DNA of 64,000 nucleotides from Candidatus Ideonella esbjergensis (GTDB lineage Bacteria; Pseudomonadota; Gammaproteobacteria; Burkholderiales; Burkholderiaceae_C): NCBI GenBank assembly GCA_016710065.1, contig JADJLP010000015.1, positions 460,685 to 524,684 of the forward strand, read 5' to 3'. Shown piece by piece: positions 55,973 to 64,000 of this stretch (position 1 is its first letter; each line of letters starts with the position of its first letter). The notes under the pieces were generated by a model. It saw only the letters and a program-made list of their open reading frames with translations, ran no database searches and was not told where the DNA came from. The position numbers and the translations under genes were made by a program.

Positions 55973-57838
55973 TCAGGCCCCTGAGAATCGCCGCGTCACG
56001 CTGTCCAGTGACGTTCGTACGCGCTCCACCATGGCCGACGTGCCATGCGCCGAGAGCACCAGCTCGTGGGTGGCGCGGGTCATGGCCACATAGAGCAGGC
56101 GGGCCGCGTCTTCTAGCGGTTCATCTTTCATCGGCAGGGCCTGCAGGCCCGCCACGAACACGCGCGGAAACTCCAGGCCCTTGGCGCTGTGCAGGGTCAG
56201 CAGCTTGATGCTGGGGCGGGCCCAGTCGAAATGGCGAAAGGCCTGGGCGTTCATCGACTGCAGGGCCAGCTTTCGTCTTGCCATGGCCTGCTCTATGGGC
56301 TTCATCAGGTACTTGGCCCGGCACAGCACCGCCATGTCTTGCAGCGGTGTGCCGGCGGCATGCGCCTGGGCCATGCGCTCGGCCAGCAACTCGGCTTCCT
56401 CGGCCTCGTCACGGGCCTGGATCAGCACCGGCATCGCGCCACGGCGCCCGGCACTGGCGGGCTGCACCAGCGGTATCTCGTCTTCGCTGCGGGCCTCGCC
56501 GGCGCCGTCGAGCAGGCTCTGCGCGCAGTGCACCGCCAGGGCCAGCACCTCGGCGGTGCTGCGGTAGTTCATCTTCAGCACGCTGGTGCGGCCACGGGCC
56601 TCAATGCCCACGCTGGCAAAGTTGAACTTGCGGCGCTTGCTTTGGTAGATGGACTGCGCATCGTCGTACAGCACCAGCATGCTGTTGGTGTCCGGGTTCA
56701 CCAGGCGCGTGGCCATGCGCAGCCAGGCGTCTTCAAAGTCGTGCGCCTCGTCCACCAGCAGGGCGGTGTACTGCCCGCCGGGCACAAAGCCGGTTTCCAG
56801 CGAACGCTCCACCACCTCCACCATGGCCGGGTAGTAGGCGTCGCGGTCGGGCACGTGTGGCACATGCAGCTGGTAGCTTCGCACCACGTCCTGGCACCAG
56901 CTGTGGAAGGTGCGCACCTGCACGCATTCACCCACGCCGCGCTCGCGCAGCTGGGCGCCGATGCGGTCGGCCAGCGTGCGGTTGAAGCACAGCACCAGCA
57001 CCGGCCGGTCGGGCCGGGCGGCGGCGGCCAGGTGCTGGGCGCGGAAGATCAGGATCATGGTCTTGCCCGAGCCCGCCGCCCCGTGGATCACCCGGTGCCC
57101 CTCGCCCAGCGTGCGGGCAATCTGCTCTTGCTGCAGGTCCATCACCTGCAGCAGATCGGGCAAGGCCGGCGCGGCTGCGGTGGTGTCGCTGAAGTCCAGC
57201 GCCCCCTGGGTGCTGACCCGCAGCTCGGGAAACAAGTGCCAGCGGATGCGGTCGCGCTGCGGCAGCGTCAGCGTGTGTGGGTAGCTCACGGTGAACATGC
57301 CCCACAGGCGCTGGCCGAAGTCGCCCGGGTCCAGCGTGTCGGCCAGGTCGTCGCGCAACAGGCACTGGTGAGCGGGGAAGAGTTCGGCGAAGTCGCTGCC
57401 GGCCACGTCGGCCGCCGTCAGCCCCGAGAACACCACGCCCCAGCCATACGGAAAGATCAGCTTGCCGCGAAACGGCCCCTCGCCATGCACCAGCAGCGGG
57501 TCGGCTTGCATCAAATGGGCCAGCTCCAAGGCGTAGTCGCGCGCCTGGCGCAGCGGGTGGGCCTCGGTCACTCGGCCGCGCTCGGTGTTCAGCGTCACCG
57601 CATCGCGCGTGGCATTCGCCAAGGTGGCTTTCTTCCAGCCCTTCACCTCCAGCAGCAGCACACCCTGGCGGGGGCTGAGCACCACAAAGTCGGGCTGCCG
57701 TGCGCGTGGGCCCAGCGGCACGTTGTGCCACACCAGAAAGTCATCGCTCAGGCAGCGCTTGAGCTGGTTCAGCACCCGGCGCTCGCCGGTGTTGCAGCGC
57801 TGGTCGACGTTGGTGAGACCTTGGGGAAAGATGGCCAT
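55973..57838 (-). CDS. NERD domain fused to a UvrD-like superfamily-1 helicase.
   Basis: The N-terminal NERD region (PDFVVLSPRQGVLLLEVKGW) is followed by Walker A (HGAAGSGKT), a DEAH-like LLVDEAHD box, and UvrD C-terminal motifs. The ATG overlaps the Fic stop. Confidence 0.7.
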   Translation of the reverse strand: MAIFPQGLTNVDQRCNTGERRVLNQLKRCLSDDFLVWHNVPLGPRARQPDFVVLSPRQGVLLLEVKGWKKATLANATRDAVTLNTERGRVTEAHPLRQARDYALELAHLMQADPLLVHGEGPFRGKLIFPYGWGVVFSGLTAADVAGSDFAELFPAHQCLLRDDLADTLDPGDFGQRLWGMFTVSYPHTLTLPQRDRIRWHLFPELRVSTQGALDFSDTTAAAPALPDLLQVMDLQQEQIARTLGEGHRVIHGAAGSGKTMILIFRAQHLAAAARPDRPVLVLCFNRTLADRIGAQLRERGVGECVQVRTFHSWCQDVVRSYQLHVPHVPDRDAYYPAMVEVVERSLETGFVPGGQYTALLVDEAHDFEDAWLRMATRLVNPDTNSMLVLYDDAQSIYQSKRRKFNFASVGIEARGRTSVLKMNYRSTAEVLALAVHCAQSLLDGAGEARSEDEIPLVQPASAGRRGAMPVLIQARDEAEEAELLAERMAQAHAAGTPLQDMAVLCRAKYLMKPIEQAMARRKLALQSMNAQAFRHFDWARPSIKLLTLHSAKGLEFPRVFVAGLQALPMKDEPLEDAARLLYVAMTRATHELVLSAHGTSAMVERVRTSLDSVTRRFSGA

Positions 57839-58956
57839 CAGGCACCCTCTTCCACCAGGTCGGTGCGGGTCAGGATCGCGTTCAGCGCCAGGTTGCTGTA
57901 GTAGTTGGAGCGGCCCACCTTCATCTTGCGCACAAAGCCACCGGCCGTGAGCGCATCCAGGTACTTGGTGGCGGTGAGCCTGGAGACCTTCAGGTCGCGC
58001 TCAACGAACTCGATCTTCGTGTACGGGTGCATGAAGAGGTTGTTGATCAGGTCCTGGCTGTAGAAGCGGTGGGCAGCGCGGATGCGGTGCTTGGTGTCCA
58101 GCAGCGCGTCCTTGATGGCGGCCACCGTGGTGATGGTCTGCTGGGCGGTCACCTCCACCGCCTGCAGCATGTACAGCACCCACGCTTGCCACACTTCGGG
58201 CGCATCGCCCTGCTCGCGCACGGCCTGCAGCAAGTGGTAGTAGCTGGGCTTGTTGCGCACGATGTGGCGCGAGAGGTAGAGCACCGGGATGTCGAGCAGC
58301 CCCTTGTTCACCAGGTACAGCACATTCACGATGCGGCCGGTGCGGCCATTGCCGTCGTAGAACGGGTGAATGCTTTCGAACTGGTGGTGCACCAGCGCCA
58401 TCTTGATGAGTGGGTCGGCATCGAAGCCGCTGTCGTCGTTGATGAAGCGTTCCAGGTCGCGCATCAGCGCCACGATCTCGGCCGGGTCTTGCGGCGGTAC
58501 GTAAACCGTCTTGCCGGTGCTGGTCTTCAGGGCGGTGCCGGGCAGCTTGCGAAAGCCGGCGTTGTTCTGCTCCAACTCGGCCTGAATCTCCACCATGTGG
58601 TTGGCGGTGATCAGACCGGTTCGCTGCACACGCTCAAAACCAACGCGCAAAGCCTGCACATAGTGGCGCACCTCTTTGGCGGCGGGCGAGGTGAACAGAT
58701 CGGGGTAGGTGCTGGCGCGGAACAACTCGTCGTGCGTGGTGACGATGTTCTCAATGGCCGAGCTGTCCTTGGCCTCCTGCAAACCCAGGGTGTTGATGAG
58801 GATGCCCTGGTTGGGGATGGCCGCCGCCAGGCCCTTCAACTCAGCCAGCTTGCGGCTGGCCCTGGCCACGGCCTTGAGCACGGCGGCGGATTCAAAATCC
58901 GCCGCCTTCAACCGGCTGAGTGGCAGCAGCGGGGGCAAGGTGGGTGGCGGGGGCAT
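57838..58956 (-). CDS. Fic/DOC family protein.
   Basis: The canonical Fic motif HPFYDGNGRTGR is present. ATG at 58956; the track uses TTG 58965. Confidence 0.8.
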   Translation of the reverse strand: MPPPPTLPPLLPLSRLKAADFESAAVLKAVARASRKLAELKGLAAAIPNQGILINTLGLQEAKDSSAIENIVTTHDELFRASTYPDLFTSPAAKEVRHYVQALRVGFERVQRTGLITANHMVEIQAELEQNNAGFRKLPGTALKTSTGKTVYVPPQDPAEIVALMRDLERFINDDSGFDADPLIKMALVHHQFESIHPFYDGNGRTGRIVNVLYLVNKGLLDIPVLYLSRHIVRNKPSYYHLLQAVREQGDAPEVWQAWVLYMLQAVEVTAQQTITTVAAIKDALLDTKHRIRAAHRFYSQDLINNLFMHPYTKIEFVERDLKVSRLTATKYLDALTAGGFVRKMKVGRSNYYSNLALNAILTRTDLVEEGA

Positions 58957-59109
58957 GGGGGCCAAATGCGCATAGCAACCGTTGATGGGCTATGCATGTT
59001 CGCATGACATGTATAGAAAACGCAATTTTCTATACGCGTCGAGCCCGCTTCGATGCCTGTGCGGCCCATGTAACGTTGGCTCCTTCCCCGCCCAATGCGC
59101 GAGCCCGCC

Positions 59110-60045
59110 ATGACCCCCACCCCCACCACGCCCTACCCCATCGGCACCCCCGGCACCCCCTGGGGCGACGCTGAACGCGCCGCCTGGCTGGCCCGCCAGC
59201 GCGTGCAGCGCAGCCACGCCGCCGAGGTGCTGGCGCCCCTGCAGGCCAGCCTGCCGGCCGAAGCCGAGCTGATCCACTACGGCGAGCTGAACTACACCCG
59301 CCTGGGCCTGCCCCGCTACCCGCTGGTGGCCGTGCGCAGCCGCCACTGGCAGGCCGAGCGGCCCACGGTGCTGGTGACAGGCGGCGTGCACGGCTACGAA
59401 ACCAGCGGCGTGCAAGGCGCCCTGCAGTGGCTGGCGCAAGACTTTGCCCGCCACGCCCAGCACGCCAACCTGTTGCTGCTGCCTTGCATCAGCCCCTGGG
59501 GCTACGAAACCATCAACCGCTGGAACCCCGACGCGCTGGACCCCAACCGCCAGTTCAAACTGCAAAGCCCCGCCGCCGAAGCCGCGCTGGCCATGGCCTG
59601 CGTGGCCCAGCATGCGCCCCGGGTGGACCTGCACATCGACCTGCACGCAACCACCGACACCGACAACAGCGAATTCGGCCCCGCCAAGGCCGCCCGCGAC
59701 GGCAAGCCGCCCGACCTGCACCCCATCCCCGACGGCTTCTACCTGGTGGCCGACACCGAGCGAGACGAGCCCGCCTTTCAGGCCGCGCTGATCGCCGCCG
59801 TGCGCGCCGTGACCCACATCGCCGAGCCCGACGCCTCCGGCCAGCTGATCGGCTCACCCCTGCTGCAGCCCGGCGTGATCGCCTACGCCAAGCGCGCCCT
59901 GGGCCTGTGCGGCGGCATGACCGCCGCGCGCTATGTGACCACCACCGAGGTCTACCCCGACAGCCCCCGCACCACGCCCGCGCAGTGCAACGAGGCGCAG
60001 CGGGTGGCGGTGAATGCTGCGGTGGGGTTCTTGGTGAGGGGGTGA
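59110..60045 (+). CDS. M14 metallocarboxypeptidase / succinylglutamate-desuccinylase-aspartoacylase-like protein.
   Basis: Zn-ligand-like motifs GGVHGYE and HIDLH are in the expected order. ATG at 59110. Confidence 0.55.
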   Translation: MTPTPTTPYPIGTPGTPWGDAERAAWLARQRVQRSHAAEVLAPLQASLPAEAELIHYGELNYTRLGLPRYPLVAVRSRHWQAERPTVLVTGGVHGYETSGVQGALQWLAQDFARHAQHANLLLLPCISPWGYETINRWNPDALDPNRQFKLQSPAAEAALAMACVAQHAPRVDLHIDLHATTDTDNSEFGPAKAARDGKPPDLHPIPDGFYLVADTERDEPAFQAALIAAVRAVTHIAEPDASGQLIGSPLLQPGVIAYAKRALGLCGGMTAARYVTTTEVYPDSPRTTPAQCNEAQRVAVNAAVGFLVRG

Positions 60046-60123
60046 GGCGCGGGCTGGGCTTTGGCGGCAGCTCCGTGCCTACCCGGCAAAATAGAGTGAA
60101 CACCACAAAGACAGGGCAGGAAC

Positions 60124-61089
60124 ATGATCATCAAGAGCGCCGATGACAAGTCGAAGCGCATCGATTTGCTCACCGATTTGCAGAAGTCCTCCATGCTGGA
60201 CGCCAGGCAAAAGGATTGGCTGCGCGAAGAGCTGATGCGACTCAGACGAGGCATTCAGGGCGAGCGTGATGCCGCGCACTACATCGACAACCATTTCAGG
60301 GACAGCGAGAACAATGCGGTCCTCCACGATTTGAGAATCTCAGTCGATGGAGAGGTGGCGCAGATTGATCACCTCATCATCAATCGAACGCTGAGGTTCT
60401 ACTTGCTGGAGACCAAGTGCTTCAACGGCAACGTGCAGATCAATGATCGCGGCGAGTTCACGGTTGCCTACTCTGGCGAGCGTGCGTTCGGAGTGGAGTC
60501 TCCCCTTGAACAAAGCAGGCGACACGAGCGCATCTTGTCCAAGCTGCTGGATAGGCTGGAGATCACCGGCCGCATGGGGGTGAAGGCAAACTTCTTTCAC
60601 GCGGCGCTACTCCACCCCAAGGCCATCATCACGCGACCGGACAAGAAGAAGTTCGACACGGATGATGTGATCAAGGCCGACCAGATCGGAACCTGGCACC
60701 AAGCGCACATCGATCGCACCGTTGGCGTGGTTGGTGCATTCGCCGGGCTCTTGAATGTGCACAGCCCCCAGACCGCCAGGGAGTGGGCGGAGAAGCTGGC
60801 ACGGCAACATCGACCGACCAATCCACTGGACTTGCCGGACTTCATGAAGCCGCGCGAGGCAGCCAACCCGAAGCCGGCGGTCGCATCACGGTCGGCTTCC
60901 GTTGCAGTTCAGGCTGCTTCGCCGGCAAGCGCCAACTCGGAGGCCCCGCCGGAGGCACTGCGCAAGAAGCTGGTCTGCGTCACCTGCCGACAGAAAATCA
61001 CTTTCCCGGAGGGCAAGTTCTGCTGGGGCAATGAAGCGCGCTTCGGCGGCTTTCAATACTGCCGCGAGCACCAGGCGCAGTTCAAATGA
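60124..61089 (+). CDS. NERD domain protein with a C-terminal zinc ribbon.
   Basis: The NERD core is present (QIDHLIINRTLRFYLLETKCF). The C-terminus has CVTC...C...C. GC content is lower than that of the neighbouring genes. Confidence 0.65.
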   Translation: MIIKSADDKSKRIDLLTDLQKSSMLDARQKDWLREELMRLRRGIQGERDAAHYIDNHFRDSENNAVLHDLRISVDGEVAQIDHLIINRTLRFYLLETKCFNGNVQINDRGEFTVAYSGERAFGVESPLEQSRRHERILSKLLDRLEITGRMGVKANFFHAALLHPKAIITRPDKKKFDTDDVIKADQIGTWHQAHIDRTVGVVGAFAGLLNVHSPQTAREWAEKLARQHRPTNPLDLPDFMKPREAANPKPAVASRSASVAVQAASPASANSEAPPEALRKKLVCVTCRQKITFPEGKFCWGNEARFGGFQYCREHQAQFK

Positions 61090-61130
61090 TCGGGACGGCC
61101 ACAAGCCCTGGCACTTCGAACAACCGAATC

Positions 61131-61730
61131 ATGAAGACAAACTATGTACTGATTGACTACGAGAACGTGCAACCGCAGATGGTTGGCTTGTTGGCACCAG
61201 AAACGTTCCGGGTGCTGGTGTTCGTGGGAGCAAGCCAAACAAAGATCAGCTTTGAGTTGGCAGATGTCTTGGCCCGCAAAGCCAACGGGTCACGCTTCAT
61301 CAAGGTGACTGGGAACGGAAGCAATGCGCTCGACTTTCATATCGCCTATCAGATTGGGCGCCTTGCGGTGCAGGAGCCCGAAGCCTACTTTCATGTGATT
61401 TCAAAGGACAAGGGGTTTGATCCACTCATCGAGCACCTGAAGGGGCAAGGACTACATGCATCTCGCTCAATGACAGTGCCCGACATCGAGATTGTCAAGA
61501 AGCCGAGCGCATCGATGCCGGAAGACGAAATGTTGTCAACCGTGATCGAGTACCTGGTGAGGCGTGGGGCACAGCGACCGGCATCGCTGAAGACGCTTAC
61601 GGGCTCCATCAGCGCGTTGTTTCAGCCCAAACTGGAAGCCTCCGTTGCACAGACGCTGATGGACAAGCTGGAGTTGACCGGTGTGTTCGTTCGGGATGGC
61701 GCAAAGCTGAAATATGGGTTGCCGGAGTGA
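61131..61730 (+). CDS. PIN-like (NYN/PIN_9-type) domain protein.
   Basis: ATG at 61131 (MKTNYVLIDYENVQP). An Asp/Glu-bearing N-terminal strand and a lower-GC region support it. The track ORF starts earlier at a GTG that overlaps the previous gene. Confidence 0.5.
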   Translation: MKTNYVLIDYENVQPQMVGLLAPETFRVLVFVGASQTKISFELADVLARKANGSRFIKVTGNGSNALDFHIAYQIGRLAVQEPEAYFHVISKDKGFDPLIEHLKGQGLHASRSMTVPDIEIVKKPSASMPEDEMLSTVIEYLVRRGAQRPASLKTLTGSISALFQPKLEASVAQTLMDKLELTGVFVRDGAKLKYGLPE

Positions 61731-62084
61731 GTGTGAGGCTTTGATTTCGCCCAAGATGATCAACTGGCGCTCAACTGCTGATCGCAGCACCTCATCGGCC
61801 GGATGCTTCAACAGCGTCTTGTTGGCCACGAAGCGCCGCACCGCACTCGCAGATTCGGCGGTAGCCCAGAGGTACTTCCTGGCCTTAGGCTGCCGAACGG
61901 CTGAGCCGATCAGATCCAGGCGGCGCGCGCCAGCCCGCTGGCAAAGGCCTGCGACGTCGGCCTGACGGGCGGCGATGAAGGCTGGAACGGCCATGGGGAC
62001 ATTCCAACCCTGGAACCCCATCGAGATCGAGCGCCGTGTACGGAGTGAAAACAACTGCTTCGGTAGGCGGGCCAAGCGCCCAAC

Positions 62085-63086
62085 TTATTTGGGGGCTCTG
62101 CGGGACTTGGCCTTTTCCGCAACCGCTTCCAACGCCCGCATGTCTTCGGCATCGGCTGCCAGCGCTTCGGCGCCGCGCCGCCTGGCATCAAACTGCTCAT
62201 AGCGTTCATGTGCCATCTGCTTCATGTGCTCGGTGCGCACCTTGCCGGCGCCGTGCAGCACCGGCCGGTCGTTGAACTCCAGCAGCCGATCCACGTTCTG
62301 GCGCCAGTAGTCCAGCGTCAGTTGCTGGCGGTCCTTGGCGCGTAGCTCGGCCTGCTCCAGAAAGATCACCACCAGGCGGTTGAGTGTGTCCACCTCGTCG
62401 GCGCTCAGGTAGTTCTTGGCCACGGTCACGTCGGCCTTGCGAACGCGGCTGCCTTCAAAGGTGGTGAGTGCCATGTTGGGCGCGTCTGGATTGGCGCGGG
62501 CCACCACGATCTCAGCGGCAGTCTGCCGGGTGACGGCAAACAGCAGCTTGTTCTGCACCTCGGCGAAGAAGGTCTGGGCGGCGGCCTCGTTGGCGCGGTA
62601 GTCAACGCTCAGAGCAAACAGATCACGCACCTTTTGGTAGAAGCGCTTCTCAGAGGCCCGTATCTCGCGGATGCGGGCCAGCAGTTCGTCGAAGTAGTCC
62701 CAGCCGCCGGGGTTCTTCAGGCGTTCGTCGTCCATGACGAAGCCCTTCACCAGGTAGTCGGCCAGATGGGCGGTGGCCCATTGGCGAAACTGGGTGCCAC
62801 GGGCCGAGCGCACCCGGTAGCCAACGGCCAGAACCATGTCCAGCCGGTAGAGCTTGGTGCGGTAGTTCTTGCCGTCGGCGGCAGTTATTAAGTCTTGTTT
62901 AACAACTGCCTCGGCGTCCAGCTCGCCATCGTGCAGGATCTTGCGGATGTGAATGTTGGTGTTGGCCACCGTGACGTTGAACAGCTCGGCCATGGCCAAC
63001 TGCGTTAGCCAGAGGCCACCTGCCACGGCCCGGAACTGCACCTTGGCCAGGCCGTCTTCGGTCTGGTAGATGATCAGGTCGCTCAT
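62085..63086 (-). CDS. RhuM-family virulence protein.
   Basis: It shows the RhuM hallmark N-terminus (IIYQTEDGLAKVQ...LWLTQLAMAELF) and a conserved middle region (RIREIRASEKRFYQKV). Confidence 0.7.
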   Translation of the reverse strand: MSDLIIYQTEDGLAKVQFRAVAGGLWLTQLAMAELFNVTVANTNIHIRKILHDGELDAEAVVKQDLITAADGKNYRTKLYRLDMVLAVGYRVRSARGTQFRQWATAHLADYLVKGFVMDDERLKNPGGWDYFDELLARIREIRASEKRFYQKVRDLFALSVDYRANEAAAQTFFAEVQNKLLFAVTRQTAAEIVVARANPDAPNMALTTFEGSRVRKADVTVAKNYLSADEVDTLNRLVVIFLEQAELRAKDRQQLTLDYWRQNVDRLLEFNDRPVLHGAGKVRTEHMKQMAHERYEQFDARRRGAEALAADAEDMRALEAVAEKAKSRRAPK

Positions 63087-63144
63087 GCCATCCCCGCTGA
63101 GCCTGAGTGTCAGTTCCTGGGCACTTGCCTAGAACCTACAACGC

Positions 63145-64000
63145 TCAAGCGTCGATATTCGCCGCGCGCAGGGCGTTGGTTTCTATGAAATCCCGCCGCG
63201 GCTCCACCTCGTCGCCCATGAGCATGGTGAAGACCTTGTCCGCCTCGATGGCGTCTTCAATCTGCACGCGCAGCAGGCGGCGCACGGTGGGGTCCATGGT
63301 GGTTTCCCAGAGCTGGCTGGGGTTCATTTCGCCCAGGCCCTTGTAGCGCTGGCGGCCCACGGCGTTTTCGGCCTGGGTCATCAGCCAGGCCATGGCGGCG
63401 CGGAAGTCGCCGGCCTTGCTTTCCTTCTGCTTCTCGCCTTCGCCGCGCTTGACCATGGCGTCGTCGCTCAGCAGGCCCTTGAAGGTGCGGCCGGCGTTGG
63501 CCAGGGCTTCGTAGTCGGCACCGTGCACGAAATCGGGCCCGATGGAGCTGCTCTTGATGTTGCCGTGCAGGCGGCGGCTGATGCGCAGCAGGTGCTTGTC
63601 GGTGCGCTCGTCAAACACGGCGTCCACTTCGGCGTCGTGCAGCATGGCCTTCAGGGCGGCGGCACCGGTTTCGGCACCGGCCATGTCGTCGAGGTTCAGC
63701 ACCAGGCCGTCGCTGATGGCGCGCAGGGCTTCCACGTCCATCCAGTTGGAGAGGCGGTTGATCACGTTGGTGGCCAGCACGTACTGGCGGGCCAGCTCGG
63801 CCAGGGCCTCGCCGCTGATGGTGGGGCGGCCGGCGCCGGGTTCCACCACGGCGCCGTCCAGCGCCACCTTCAGCAGGTACACGTCGAGCTCGCTGCCGTC
63901 TTTCAGGTACTGCTCGTGCTTGCCGTGCTTCACCTTGTAGAGCGGCGGCTGGGCGATGTAGATGTGGCCGCGCTCCACCAGATCGTGCATCTGGCGGTAG
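63145..64000 (-). CDS. gyrB: DNA gyrase subunit B, C-terminal part. The gene continues beyond the window end.
   Basis: GyrB C-terminal motifs are present ([39 protein letters not shown]), together with the proteobacterial insert. Confidence 0.85.
   Translation of the reverse strand, partial: YRQMHDLVERGHIYIAQPPLYKVKHGKHEQYLKDGSELDVYLLKVALDGAVVEPGAGRPTISGEALAELARQYVLATNVINRLSNWMDVEALRAISDGLVLNLDDMAGAETGAAALKAMLHDAEVDAVFDERTDKHLLRISRRLHGNIKSSSIGPDFVHGADYEALANAGRTFKGLLSDDAMVKRGEGEKQKESKAGDFRAAMAWLMTQAENAVGRQRYKGLGEMNPSQLWETTMDPTVRRLLRVQIEDAIEADKVFTMLMGDEVEPRRDFIETNALRAANIDA

Noticed and set aside
61536-62075. 179-aa minus-strand ORF overlapping the 3' half of the PIN-like gene.
   Set aside because: It overlaps by about 195 bp a plus-strand gene whose C-terminus has helical, protein-like composition. 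It has no RBS and no recognisable motifs, so it is probably spurious or much shorter.
1-64000. CRISPR arrays, IS elements, transposases and integrases.
   Set aside because: No regularly spaced direct repeats with unique spacers were seen. No DDE/transposase or tyrosine/serine recombinase motifs were seen. The repeats that are present are REP-type palindromes and one 79-bp tandem duplication.

Overview
This is a 64 kb, high-GC (about 68-70 %) chromosomal segment, most likely from a betaproteobacterium (Burkholderiales/Comamonadaceae-like). It ends inside the 3' part of gyrB, so it probably lies near the replication origin. I can support about 60 protein-coding genes, a tRNA-Arg/His/Gln cluster plus two tRNA-like fragments, and many copies of a REP-type palindrome (GTCATTCCCGCGCAGGCGGGAATCC). 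No CRISPR array, transposase or integrase was seen. Recognisable housekeeping and envelope genes include fccAB (flavocytochrome c sulfide dehydrogenase), a TPR protein with alpha-2-macroglobulin and pbpC, slipin with rtcB, hemG, a tannase-family esterase, a RIO kinase, a TlpA-like thioredoxin, and LysR and Crp/Fnr regulators. Between them sit accessory or conflict-type modules. (1) A five-gene minus-strand operon at 1-6456 with tight or overlapping gene junctions: a signal-less S8 subtilase with an intact catalytic triad, two tandem paralogous unknown proteins, a small protein, and a WD40/coiled-coil protein. I consider this the best candidate for an undescribed protease-centred system. (2) A five-gene SWIM / DUF5691-like / MoxR-AAA / DUF5682-like / VWA cassette, next to an hsdM::DUF45 fusion scar of a deleted type I R-M locus. 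(3) An overlapping Fic and NERD-UvrD-helicase pair. (4) A lower-GC NERD-Zn-ribbon / PIN-like / RhuM island next to gyrB. (5) An orphan vgrG and a separate DUF2235 (Tle1-like) membrane protein. (6) An HNH endonuclease gene inserted between the tRNA cluster and a pair of tRNA-like fragments, upstream of slipin-rtcB. Most of the very long ORFs in the six-frame track are antisense or alternative-frame shadows of real genes, as expected at this GC content, and I rejected them.
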